From the NCBI GenBank assembly GCA_949358305.1, contig OX442314.1:29016001-29080000 (forward strand): 64,000 nt of DNA, read 5' to 3'. The notes under the pieces were generated by a model. The model ran no database searches. It saw only the letters and a program-made list of their open reading frames with translations, and was not told the DNA's origin. The stretch is from Strigamia acuminata (Eukaryota). Both the position numbers and the translations under genes were made by a program. Below are positions 23,511 through 35,300 of the stretch, piece by piece; position 1 is the stretch's first letter; every line of letters begins with the position of its first letter.

Positions 23511-26500
23511 GTTTAACACCTAAAGCTGTGTCGGAACCACCGGAAGTGAAGCGCGTGTTGCCACCAAAATCTGTGTTGACCGCGCCTAATACTGACCCAG
23601 TACTTCCGAAATTGACTTCATTCGTGATGATTTCTCCTAAAGAGAAAGATGTGTCCGAGGAGCCAAAAATTGAGATCGGGATTGGAGAAAGAGTACGACG
23701 TGATTCCCAATACGTGAAGATCGTCTGGAATGACATCCAATTTATTGCGCAATTTGACTCTGGTGCTCAGACCTGCATCATGGCGCAAGATCTGTATGAA
23801 AAGCTGCATGAGAAGATGGGGGTGGAAATGGTTGTGTTGCACGAGACCATTCGCGTTGCCAATAATCAATTAGTTGAGGTTTTGGGTAGCGTGGAAATAA
23901 CCGTGCGTGCACCTCAAACTCTGATCTCTTTTGTGTGCTTGGTAATAGAAGACTCATCAGCGGACTTGCTGCTCGGACGAGATTTCTGTCGAGCGGTTGG
24001 GTTATGTACGGACCATGGACTTAATTGCTGGTTCATAAGAGGTTCGGAGGAACGGCGTAGTTTCATGACTATGAAACAGGCGCTGGCCTCCGATCCGGTA
24101 CTTTTGTTGCCACTAATCCCCGCCGCCCCTAAGATGGCAGTTCCTGCCCCGATTAGTGATGTAAATTGTGTTTTGTTGAATCATCGCACATTGCCCGCCG
24201 AAACTTTTGAGTTACCGCATGACGATGCGCCATTCAGAGTTAAGGTGGTGGTTTCGCGTAAGACCGCGGAAAATAGGAGTTGGACATTTCTTTGGTCACC
24301 TCCGCGACGCGAAAAGTCGCGCAGAACTAAATTCCGCGATACGACACGTGTCTACCGGAGGCCCATGAGTTTTAGCCAGTTCCGACGTTCTAAACGGGTG
24401 CGCAGGGCTCGGAAGAGATTGTCGCAGTCTGCAGAGTCGTCTGTTCCGTCAGTTCCTCCCGATTCGGTTATTTCGGATGTGGAAGGGAAAGTTGGTTCCA
24501 CTGGTGGACAGTTTTCTCCTACGACCAATTTTGTTGAATATCTGCCTTGTCCCGATCCGACCAAGTTGGACTGGATTTATGGGCAGTTATCAAATCAACT
24601 ATCACCAAAACGCATCACTCATTTGATTGACGCGTTAAAACCCGTTTCGAACATCTTCAGAGAAGAAATTGGGTTGTGCAATAACACTCTTTTTGAGGTT
24701 GATCTCAAACCTGACTTTAGGCCAATACACGTGCCTGTTAGGCCGGTAAACCCTGCTAAAAAAGCTATCATTGATCAATACATCGATCAAAAGCTGGCGC
24801 AGGGAATTATTCGTCGCTCGAAGAGTGATTGTGCCGTGGCCCCTGTTGTCGTGCCTAAGAAGGATGGCAGATGGAGGTGTGCCATGGACTTTCGCCCTAT
24901 CAACGCGCAAACGATGCCTGACGTGTATCCCCTCCCAGATATTGATAACATCTTCTCATATTTGGGCGGGGCTAAGTGGTTTTCCATAATAGATGGACGT
25001 GAAGCGTTTCATCAGATCGGCGTTAGGCCGGGAGATGAACGTTTTCTCACTTTTATCACGCATCGCGGACTCTACGAGTATGTCCGCATGCCTTTTGGAC
25101 CAATAAATGGCCCCGCAACACTGCAACGCGCTATGAACCTTACGCTTGCGGAATTTCTTTACAAATGCGTCTTTGTTTACATCGACGACATTATTGTCTT
25201 TAGTAAAACATTTGAAGAACATGTAGAACATCTGAAGCAAGTTTTGACACTTCTTGACGCGGCAGGATTCACGATGAATGCCGGCAAGACAGAGTTGTGT
25301 AAGCGTAGCCTTGAAGTGTTGGGTCATATTGTTGAAGAAGGAAAAATTCGTCCTAATCCGAAAAAGACCAGCGCGATCCAATTATTTCCCGCGCCAACTA
25401 ACGTCAAAGAGTTGCAGCGCTTTAAGGGCATGATTGGGTACTATTCTTCATTTTTTCCGGGGTACTCGAAGACTTGTGAGGTTTTCAGGCCCTTGATGAA
25501 GAAGAACGCGCCATGGAATTGGACGGATGGCTGTCAAGCAGCGTTCGAGTATCTGCGGGACCATGTTGCAACATCAACTTTGCAGCGGAGGTTTCCTGAC
25601 TGGTCGAAGCCGTATATTCTGCAGACAGACGCGAGCTACTCAGGCTTGGGTGCTGCGTTGATGCAATTGGATAATAATGGCATTCGTGTGCCAATTGCAT
25701 TTGCTTCGCGCGCTTTAAATAGTGCGGAAAAGAATTACAATGTTACGGAGATCGAGTGTCTAGCTGCTGTTTGGGCAGTTAAGCGTTTCCGCAGTTACTT
25801 AGAACTTATGGATTTTTACCTTGAGAGCGATCACAAGTGTTTAAAATGGCTTTTTGCTCAGCGCGAACCAAAGGGCAGATTGGCTCGATGGATTCTGTCG
25901 ATGTCAGACTTTCGGTTTACATTTCTGCATTGCAGTGGCACCAGCAATCGTGTCGCTGATGCGTTGAGCAGAGCTCCTGTAGATCCGGCCATTGAAATTG
26001 GCGATGATGATTGTCCACTTGTTGATGATGCGACATATTGTGCGTTCTTTGACGATTTCGCGAGTTGGCCGACCATTGAAATGGTGGAGCTCGACGAGCA
26101 TTTCGTGCCAAAACCATCTGGCTCAAAGATCGTTAATGCGGCCAAACTTCGAAAGAAATCGCGTATTCTTCAAAAGAAACGTGAATTTGAGGAGTTGGAA
26201 CCGCTTGAGTTGTTTGGGGATTTAAACACCCGACCCCCCAAACCCCCCGGCCCCTCAAGGGGGGGTAGTGTGCCGGCCGACATGGAAAATGCCGTGTTCG
26301 GTGCACACCAGCTCTCCGGTGTAAGTACGCCTCCAGCTGCCTTGCCGCCAAAAAGGCGTGCTGGAAGGCCCTGTAAGGTCAAAGTGGTTCCTTCTGATCC
26401 TGTGCCTAAAAGGAAAAGGGGACGGCCACCAAAACAAAAACGTAAAGTTGGAAGACCCAAAAAGATTGTATCACCTGCAAGAAGTGAGCATTCGTCTTCA

Positions 26501-28222
26501 CCAGCGTCACCAGTTTCGAATAGAGGAAAATCTGGTAGCGAGCGATTTTTGAGTGACCATAGTTCCGACGAATATCGGACTACGGTGCCACCTTTGTCGA
26601 CGCGACCAACTACGCGGTCGAGGCAGACTCAACAACCTTTGGTGGACAACCAAGTCTCGCCATACGAATCCGAAGATTTGGATGAGGATCGACCGGCTGA
26701 GCATCCGGCTTACGAGCTTTTGCCAACTCAGAAAAGAATGAGGGAAGTTCAGTTGGCTGATGGTTGGGCGAAGGGTATTATAATGTATCTGGACACTGGG
26801 CATTTGCCGCCTGACGAAGACGAGGCTGAGAAAATCAAAAAGCAATCTGTTGACATGGCCTTGTATCATGGGCTTCTGTGTAGGTACCCGCCAGTAACAA
26901 TTGGCCAACGCGCTGAATCGCGTCGTATTTACTTGCCAGAGCCTTTGAGACGAATTTATTTTCACTGCCTTCACTTCCCGCCAACTTCTGGCCACCTCGG
27001 AATTGAAAAGACCATGATGCGTTTAAAAACGCGTGTTTTTTGGCCAGGAATGAAGCGAGATGTGGCTGAGTGGATCAAGGTGTGTGGGCCATGCCAGAGA
27101 GCGAAGGTTGAACGACGTTTGCCAATGGGAGAAATGGAAACGGCAAAACCACGCCGTCGTTTCAGAACCATTTACGTCGACTACTTTGGGAAAAAGTTGA
27201 AGTCTAGCCAGGGTAATTGCTACGCGTTCGTGATGGTGGATGCGGCTAGCAGATGGGTTGACGTTCGGCTTACTGAAAATGCAGATGTGCCAACTACCAT
27301 CAGGCAAATTGAGAAATTTGTGCAACGTTGGGCCTTCCCGAAGACTTTAATTAGTGACAATGCGCCTACTTTTCGTTCTGCGCGTTTTCAAGCGCACTGT
27401 GCGGGAATGGGCATTGTAAATAAGTACATATCTGTGTATCATCCGCAAGGGAATTTGGCGGAGCGCCTAAACCAGTCGCTGAAGACCTGCATTCTCGCGT
27501 ACATCGACGAACACGTGAATTGGGACCGTCATATTGGCTACTTCATTTTGGCCATTAATGCCAGCTATCAAACATCGCTGAAGTTCTCACCATATATGAT
27601 GATCGTTGGGCAGGAAGCGCGTTATCCAGGCGACCTCGACAGCGACACCGACGATGGGGATCCTCTCCCGCCGGATGAGGCGAGGTATTTACATCGATAC
27701 ATGCTACGCGTCGGAGCCGAGGCGCGGAAGAACTTGGAGATAGCGAACCTGCGACATAAGCGATGGTACGATCGGAAACGGCGGCCCCACGACTTCAAGC
27801 CTGGCGACTGGGTCACGCTGAGGAGCAGGATCTTGTCGTCGGCGGACAAGCAGGTTTCAGCGGGTTTCCAGCAGCGTACCGAAGGGATTTACATCATCCA
27901 CCGGATCATCGGACCGAATACCGTGCTGCTGATGAAGGAGGACGGAAGTGTTACACAACCTTACCACATCGTGGACCTCCGACATTGGTATCGCGACCCG
28001 GATGAAGACGCGAAGGACTCGGAGGATGTTCCGGACCCGCTGGAGGTGCTGAGTGCTGTTAGATACGGTTGCGGCGCTAGTTCTATTTCCCGGGTGGATA
28101 TGGACGATATACACGCCCGAGTGGACAAATTCAGTGCGGAATCACGTGAGATTTGCATAAAATATTATGCCGAGAACAATATTCGGTATAATGATTGTGA
28201 ACAGGAAGAGGATCCGCCATAA
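23447..28222 (+). CDS. pol: Gypsy-1 Pol (protease, RT, RNase H, AT-hook linker, integrase); probably expressed as Gag-Pol
   Basis: FDSGA; RMPFG and YIDD; LQTDAS...ESDH; H-x6-H...CGPC, VDYFG/SDNAP/AERLN; uninterrupted 1564-aa ORF in the track. Confidence 0.97.
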   Translation, partial: GKRERAPTEVRRQSGGPKEEVGLTPKAVSEPPEVKRVLPPKSVLTAPNTDPVLPKLTSFVMISPKEKDVSEEPKIEIGIGERVRRDSQYVKIVWNDIQFIAQFDSGAQTCIMAQDLYEKLHEKMGVEMVVLHETIRVANNQLVEVLGSVEITVRAPQTLISFVCLVIEDSSADLLLGRDFCRAVGLCTDHGLNCWFIRGSEERRSFMTMKQALASDPVLLLPLIPAAPKMAVPAPISDVNCVLLNHRTLPAETFELPHDDAPFRVKVVVSRKTAENRSWTFLWSPPRREKSRRTKFRDTTRVYRRPMSFSQFRRSKRVRRARKRLSQSAESSVPSVPPDSVISDVEGKVGSTGGQFSPTTNFVEYLPCPDPTKLDWIYGQLSNQLSPKRITHLIDALKPVSNIFREEIGLCNNTLFEVDLKPDFRPIHVPVRPVNPAKKAIIDQYIDQKLAQGIIRRSKSDCAVAPVVVPKKDGRWRCAMDFRPINAQTMPDVYPLPDIDNIFSYLGGAKWFSIIDGREAFHQIGVRPGDERFLTFITHRGLYEYVRMPFGPINGPATLQRAMNLTLAEFLYKCVFVYIDDIIVFSKTFEEHVEHLKQVLTLLDAAGFTMNAGKTELCKRSLEVLGHIVEEGKIRPNPKKTSAIQLFPAPTNVKELQRFKGMIGYYSSFFPGYSKTCEVFRPLMKKNAPWNWTDGCQAAFEYLRDHVATSTLQRRFPDWSKPYILQTDASYSGLGAALMQLDNNGIRVPIAFASRALNSAEKNYNVTEIECLAAVWAVKRFRSYLELMDFYLESDHKCLKWLFAQREPKGRLARWILSMSDFRFTFLHCSGTSNRVADALSRAPVDPAIEIGDDDCPLVDDATYCAFFDDFASWPTIEMVELDEHFVPKPSGSKIVNAAKLRKKSRILQKKREFEELEPLELFGDLNTRPPKPPGPSRGGSVPADMENAVFGAHQLSGVSTPPAALPPKRRAGRPCKVKVVPSDPVPKRKRGRPPKQKRKVGRPKKIVSPARSEHSSSPASPVSNRGKSGSERFLSDHSSDEYRTTVPPLSTRPTTRSRQTQQPLVDNQVSPYESEDLDEDRPAEHPAYELLPTQKRMREVQLADGWAKGIIMYLDTGHLPPDEDEAEKIKKQSVDMALYHGLLCRYPPVTIGQRAESRRIYLPEPLRRIYFHCLHFPPTSGHLGIEKTMMRLKTRVFWPGMKRDVAEWIKVCGPCQRAKVERRLPMGEMETAKPRRRFRTIYVDYFGKKLKSSQGNCYAFVMVDAASRWVDVRLTENADVPTTIRQIEKFVQRWAFPKTLISDNAPTFRSARFQAHCAGMGIVNKYISVYHPQGNLAERLNQSLKTCILAYIDEHVNWDRHIGYFILAINASYQTSLKFSPYMMIVGQEARYPGDLDSDTDDGDPLPPDEARYLHRYMLRVGAEARKNLEIANLRHKRWYDRKRRPHDFKPGDWVTLRSRILSSADKQVSAGFQQRTEGIYIIHRIIGPNTVLLMKEDGSVTQPYHIVDLRHWYRDPDEDAKDSEDVPDPLEVLSAVRYGCGASSISRVDMDDIHARVDKFSAESREICIKYYAENNIRYNDCEQEEDPP

Positions 28223-28792
28223 CAGCCTTCTTTTTATGTTTTTAAAGTGTTTATTAATAATAATTCGTTTTTTAGCATTGGTTCAATTTTATAAGAGTTT
28301 TGGTGTTCGTGTTGATTTTTGTTTACATTGGGATGAGTGTGTTGTTGTGTTTTTTGATGTATTTTGCACTAATATTTGGTTTTAGAATATTTTTTACTGA
28401 TTGTTGATATTCGCTGACGTTTCGAGGGGGAATGCGGGGTCAAAACTCCATTCTTTTCCCGTCGGAGTGTTTACGCGACTTTGAATTTTGTCTTTGATAT
28501 TTAGTGTAGTGCATTTCTAGTGTTTAATAAGTGTCGAGATGCCCTTATGGCGTGATTTAATGCGATTAACGCATTCCTGGCCTGGCGCTTATGCTAGTAG
28601 TTTTTCTTGTTATTGTTTAGTTTTTAGAGCGCTTAACGCTTGCGTTGTTTAGTCCGCGCGTTAGTTATTTAATGAGTGCCTCGTTAGTGTATTGTTTGAT
28701 CATTCCAATTGTTATTTGATTTTTTTTGTATCGTGTTTTACTTTCGTTTTCAGATTTTGAACAGAGATTAAAACACTCTGGTCCGAGGGGTG

Positions 28793-29795
28793 TGTCACGG
28801 CCCGGCATTTACGCGCTTTGTAATCCTCACCTAATTGTTGTGTTGTGCGCGTTATTCCGTGTGTTTTCCACCATTGTTAAAACTCTCAATAAATCCCTAA
28901 ACCTATTTGTGTTTGAATTTGAGTTTTGATTTGTCCTCATTTCTTATTCATGTTTATCCCTTGATTTGGTCTGGTGTGGCTCAATTCTGCCACATCAGAC
29001 TAGTCTAAGTTGTGTATTTCCCACTGTTACCCCTCCTGATTTCGTTTAGTTTATCCTACCTAATTTAAATGTTTAGTCACTCGCGACTGACTCATCGCGA
29101 TGATTATTCACGAGCGCGCCTGATTGGCTTACGCGTGCTTGACTCATGGTTTTCCCCTCGTTTTCTGTGATGGACTTGGCCCAAGTTCACTTCTGAGCTG
29201 TTTCAGCCAAGTCTGATCAGAAGGCGTAAGACCATGAGCTATCGTAAGTGCCTTAACTGGCCGTTGTGCATTTGGCAGTCTCTCCTGTGTTAACTCACAG
29301 TATAACTCCATGCCACGTAATTGTGCATGTTTGAGTATATTCATGGTCATATCGCGTGTCTAAATTCCGCGTGTCATCTTTGTTTCCTTTCCTTTCGATG
29401 TTCTTTTGTGTTTACACGACGTTTTATGCCGCTGACGTGCCTCTGGACTAGAAATTAGATTCAAGTAGCTAATGAGTTGTTTATTTCGTCTTTTGCGCGC
29501 GATTAGTGCGCGCTTGCTCGGTCTGGCCGCTCCGCCATTAGGAGTCCCTGCCAGATTAGCTTAAGCCACGTTTGCGTTGTTAATTCCGCACGTGAGCATT
29601 ACTTCTTCCATTTTTAAGGCTCCAACAAACCCGGTAAAATTTGTGAAATGATCGAATAGGGGAATAAGCTTGCCGCCACCCTCCAGGCTGCTTATTGTTG
29701 CCCGGGCCCTTATTCGGGACCAGGCTCTCCCAGTATCGTAACTGGTGCGCCTTTCAAACGCGGTTTCCAATACCAGAAACAACCGGTTCATGACA
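28793..29795 (+). repeat. Gypsy-1 3' LTR
   Basis: Direct repeat of 20306-21308, preceded by a short purine tract GAGGGGTG. Confidence 0.97.
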
Positions 29796-30239
29796 AAAAG
29801 TATCGAGTCGCCATTCTATGATGGAAAAAAAAAATTAAGTGTAAACAAACAAAATAAAAACTTTAATATACAAGAAACGTACAATTCCACTCAACTTTGT
29901 TTCAAATTTTATTTATTGGATCATTGAAAATAAACAGTAGTGTTGTGCACTGTACGCTTAAGTGTATACCGGCGATGCGTTGTTTTGTGGTGGGGATTTG
30001 CCTCGATAATTGATCTTTTCTCTTTGTTTGCAATATTTTTTTGGCCTTTTTTGTTGATTTTTCGGTTTGAAATTGTTTTTTTCCGGTGTAATTTAAGTGG
30101 TGGAAGGTTGTTGGCGTGTGTTGAGGGTAATTTTGGCGGTTTTTGGGTCGGGATTAGTGTTTTCTGCGATTTTTGATCGGTATTTGGGGTTTGATGCAGC
30201 GGATAGCGCATGCGAATCGCCGTCGACCGTAGCATTAGC

Positions 30240-32360
30240 AAGTGCGCGCGCAAGTTAAATGTGTACAGGACTGTGAGAAAATAAAACGTGTGTGGAAGAG
30301 TAAATGTTCTTTGGTGATCGCCATGAGTTCGTACTTTGTCGTGGGCGCGAAATGTGTGTGATATATATGCTACTATGCGTGATGTAGCGCCGTCAGCGCG
30401 TTTCAGCACGCGATGTAGCGCCTTGAGCGCGTCCAAATGCGTACAGGTGTTCGACAGATGTGCCAGGGCTTCACGTGCATACACGAAACATAAACATGAA
30501 GAAAACAGAAAAAACCGTTGTGTGTGATGTGTATAAAGACACATTACACAAAGAATACTACTCTTCATACAAAAAGCAATAAACTTTATACATATTGCAA
30601 TAAACTTACAAAATGGTAAAAATAAAATACTGGAAAACATGGCCTTGAATAATAGTGGAAAACATGGCATACTGCCTTGAATAATAGTGAAAAACATGGC
30701 GTACTGCCTTGAATACCCCCTTGAATACGTCGCACCGCATCATCTCGCCTCACTTCCCGTCTTGGAAATAAATAAATGCCCCGGCGTTTATTCGAGGCAA
30801 TGTCCAACTTGGGCTTTCATTCGCGCCTCACATCCCGCCTTGGTAATAAATAAACGCCCCGGCGTTTATTCGAGGCACATCACCCACACCTCCCCGGCGT
30901 TCAAACGAGTAGCTGCGCGTATTTGACCCCGGTTTTTATTTTTTCAAATTGTCGTGTGTTTTCAAAGTTCTTAATTTGTTCAAAAACAAACAAAATGGCT
31001 ATTTGTTGATTTTTAATTGATTTTATCGATTTCTGTTCGTTTTTTGCTGGTTTTTAATCGATTTTTCTGTATTTTTGATCAATTTTTGCCAATTGTAATC
31101 GTTATTTGTCATTCTGAATTGATTATTGTCAGGTTTCAGTCGATTTTTGTCGATTTCTGATCAATGTTTATACATTTTTTATCATTTTGTGTAGATTTCT
31201 GTTGAATTTTAATCATATTTCTTCGTTTTTATTCAATTTTTGTCCCATGCTCCGCGATCAGTTCGAATAATTGACACCATACTGTGCTTTTACTCATATT
31301 CAAGATGGCGTCGCAAACTCAAGGTCGAATTCCGCTGAATTCATTTATTGCGACTGTTTGCGCTCCATACATGCGAAAAGGATTATGGGAAAAATCCTCA
31401 ATGCAGGTCATTTTGGTGTCAAATGAGCGAGGAAAGCTGGAGATAAGGAAAATTGGTGAAATTTCAAAAAAAAGCTAAACAATCAAAATTTACATGAAGC
31501 TCAATTTTTCTAACTGGAAATGCATGTATCGTCAATTTCGGGATATTTTAGGGGTGAAATTGACTGGGAAGGGACCCCCACATTCCCCATGCGTCAACGC
31601 GCGCGTTGACGAAATTCAAATCCAGGTTTTCACACAGCCCCACGTTATTTTCGGGTTCCAATTGCCGTATTGCCGTATTGCCTCAAATAAACGCCGGGGC
31701 GTTTATTAATTTTCATTAATTTTCCAGACCGGAAATGAGGCGAGGTGATGCGGTACGATGCAAAATTGCGAGATGTAGTTTGCTTTATTTGTTAAAACAA
31801 ATTAGGCGTCACTAATTCACCTGTATTAGGGTTTCAATGTGTGAAATTTCAAAATTTATCGGTTCCGTCAAAACGCCATTGAAAAGTTACATTTTTATAA
31901 CGTTTCAATGATGAAAACGGCCATTTTTGATGAAAAACAGCCATTTTTTATAGAAAAAACGACGAAGAAAGCCATTTTCACTATGAAAAATGGCTGAAAA
32001 TGACCATTTTGACGAAAAACGGCCATTTTTACTACGAAAAATGGCTAAAAATGCCACTTGAGTGAGTGCAAGTACATTTGGTGATGTACTATCGCGAGCG
32101 CGCGCGTTTTTGTGCAGTACAATGTGCTGATTAAACCAACAGCATTATAGAGTGATTACATTGTTCATTTGTGTTTTTAAGTTACAAAATGGTACAAAAT
32201 CATAAAATAAACTTGTAAAGTGCAATTTCTGCGGATTGATCAAAATCCGCAAAATCCGCCGCAAAATTGCGAACAGGGGATCAGCATATAGGCAGCCGTA
32301 ATGTTAAAAATGGGGTCCCTTTCGCACTCCGCAAAATCCGCATGCGCGCCATAAGGTTAA
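30240..32360 (+). repeat. 2.1-kb tail of the composite repeat, copy 2, ending GG-TTAA
   Basis: Near-identical to 960-3080. Confidence 0.93.
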
Positions 32361-35300
32361 TGTCGAAATGTGAACTACATGATTCGCAGAAGGTGAGGTT
32401 GTCGTATTTAATTGACGAATACAGCCGTACCTTTAGCGATAAAGCGGGTTGCCACCCGGATGCGGAGCATAAGATCCCCACCGGAGACAGCCTACCCTTT
32501 AAATGCAGAGATCGACCGATGAACCCCGCTAAAGCTGAAATTTTTCGCCAATTGGTGGAAGAATCACTTAGCAAAGGTGAGGTTGAGAGATGCGAAAGCA
32601 GCTACAAGAATCCACCGGTCATCGTGAAGAAGAAGTGTGGTAACTATCGTCTTTGTATCGATTTCCGACAACTGAACAAAGTCACTGAGAAAGACGTCTA
32701 TCAAATGCCGTCAATCTCTATGATTTTGGCGTGTCTGGGGGGGAGTACTTTTTTTACGACTCTGGACTTGACAAAGGGCTACTACCAAATTAAGTTGAAA
32801 CCCGGCGACAAGTGCAAAACGGCTTTTGCCACCCCTGAGGGCACGTTTCAATTTACTAGAATGCCGTTCGGGTTGTGTAATGCACCCAGTGCGTTTCAAC
32901 GCATGATGGACGAGGTTTTGGGGGAAGCGAAGTTCAAGTGGGCTCTGGCTTTTCTGGATGACATTGTCATCTACAGCATGTCATTTGATGAACACTTGAT
33001 GCATTTGGCGGATGTGTTGGCCCGATTGGAGAAGGTAAACCTGACGGCTAGCCCATCTAAATCGTTTGTTTGCCCTGCTGACTGGGATTTCCTTGGTTTC
33101 ACCATGACACCTATAGGATACAGTCCAAACGGAAGCAAGGTGCAAGCGATCGTGGAGTATCCGCCGCCGAAGAACGTAAAGCAGTTGCAACGTTTTATTG
33201 GTATGGTTGGATTCTACGCGCCATTACTGAAAGATCTGAACATTACTTCGAAACCATTCTTCCTGCTCCTCAAAAAGGATATAGCATGGAGTTGGTCGAA
33301 GGAGTGCCAAGATGCTTTCACGACTCTGAAGCATCAGCTGGCTAATGGGATCGTGCTACCTTTGCCTGATTTTGCCCGCCCTTTCATCATTCACACCGAT
33401 GCTAGTGCGGGCGGTCTCGGTGCAGTCCTCATGCAGGCTGATGACGAAGAGAAGGTGAGACCTGTCGCCTACGCTAGCCGCACTCTCCAGGGTGCTGAGG
33501 CTAACTACAGCGCTTCAGAGCTCGAATGCCTAGGAGTGGTTTGGGCTGTTAATAAGTTCAAGCCGTACGTGGAGTACTCAAGGTTCGTAGTCGAAACAGA
33601 CCATATGGCTCTTAAATGGCTTATGTCATGCGAGAATCCGTCCGGTCGTTTGGCTCGATGGGCTATGAAACTTCAGCAGGAGGATTTTGTTATTAAATAC
33701 CGAAAAGGTGTAGACAACAAGGTGGCTGATGCGCTCTCACGAGTGAGCCTAGATGACGACTTAACGACATCAGAGGCTCTACCCGGAGAAGCAAACGCAC
33801 TTCTGATGTCACACTCACTTTTGGCCTCTGGGTCGGCTGATCTAACTATGTCTCTCGATGAGATACGGGCGGGTCAGTTGGCCGACGCCGATTGTGCAAT
33901 CCTAATTAGGTGGTTGAAAATGGAGAAAGGAGACGAGGCGTCCCTATCCCAACTCTCACCGCTCATGCTACAGTACAAGACTGACTTTATGTTAGCTTCA
34001 AACGGAGTGTTGTATATAAACGCCCCGTTGAAGACGGATATGTTCTTGGAAAACACGGAATATGGCTCCGGACTAAAAATCGTGGTGCCTGTTTCGTTAC
34101 ACGACCGTTGTCTCAAGGTTGTGCACGATCACCCATTGTCAGGTCATGGTGGTGTCGATGTTACAACTGAGAGATTACGTCGCAGTTTTTTCTGGCCCGG
34201 ATTCAGACGCAGTGTGCGGGATTACATCGCAAGGTGTGACCGTTGCCAGCGCTGCAAGCCTGTGCAGAGGAAACCAACCGGACTCCTGATGCCAGTTTCA
34301 CCAATGATAGGCCGATTCGAAAGACTCGGAGTCGACTTCATGGGCCCGAAACCAATGACGAGAGACCGGAACAGGTATATTCTGGTGATTGTGGACTATG
34401 CCACTGGATGGGTTGAAGCTACGGCGATGCGGACGGCGAAAATTTCAAGCGTAGTGCCCGTGCTGTTACGTTTCTTTCATAATCATGGATGCCCTCGATT
34501 CATCGTAAGTGATAACGGAAAACAATTTATTTCAGAGGTATACAATGAGTTGTGCAGGGAGGCAGGTGTCACTCCGTTGAGGACGTCACCATATCACCCG
34601 CAAACTAATTACACCGAACGAGTCAATCGGAACATTAAAATTATGCTTCAGATTTTCACGTCCGAACATGACCAGTGGGACCGATGCATCAATGGCATTA
34701 ATTTCGCCTTGCGCACGGCCCCATCGGCAACAACGGGTTTATCACCGGCAATGCTAACGTATCTCCGTGAGTTGCGTCCGTTTTGGGATAGTTGCGGTGT
34801 GGCTTTGGATGCACCCTTCGACCCCGAGCAGCCGTACGACACGGTGAGAATGTTGGTCTCTAGGATGGATGTGTTGTTGAAAGCAGCGCTCAAGAATAAG
34901 TCGCTGGCTAAACAAAAACAGAAGTCTTATTACGATCAACATCGTAGCGACGATACATTTGAGGTGGATGATTTAGTATTACTTCAAACTCACCCACTGT
35001 CGGTTAAAGCGCTCCGTTATGCTGCGTCGTTGGAAGATCGATTCGAAGGCCCGTACGTTGTCACGAAGGTCATCAGTCCTTTGGTGTACACGGTGGCAAC
35101 ACCGATTACACTGAAATGTAAAGGTCCGGTAAATATTGTGAACTTGAGGCGGTATGTACCACCCGAGTCCACGCCCACCTGGCCGGTAGCTGAGGATGAG
35201 GCGGAAACGGTTCCACCTGTTGAGGTCTTCGAACCTGCAGCTGAGGACCCGCCGCCAACTCCTGTGGCTCCGCCTACCGGGGTAACCGTAGTTAAACGTA

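Larger units (their letters stand above)
20306..29795 (+). mobile_element. Full-length Ty3/Gypsy LTR retrotransposon (Gypsy-1), 9490 bp
   Basis: Paired LTRs, 4-bp TSD AAAA (20302-20305 / 29796-29799) confirmed by empty sites in other units, PBS, gag and PR-RT-RH-IN pol. Confidence 0.98.
10658..30239 (+). repeat. Tandem array of six 1676-1688-bp units (unit 6 interrupted by Gypsy-1), with internal ~30-bp AAATTTGTCAAA subrepeats in both orientations
   Basis: Unit starts (AATTGCAAC) at 10658, 12346, 14032, 15708, 17384, 19070. A 10-bp indel (GGCACGTGGAAGCACGTGCC vs GGCACGTGCC) explains the 1686/1676 spacing. Confidence 0.96.

Noticed and set aside
28543..28552. CCTTATGGCG as the left TIR matching the TTAA-ended tail
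   Set aside because: Only 10 bp, not preceded by TTAA, and inside the Gypsy-1 3' UTR.
32267..32359. N-terminal 31 aa of the 1045-aa ORF as part of Pol
   Set aside because: Identical to repeat sequence at 2987-3079; a chance in-frame fusion from a TTG start.
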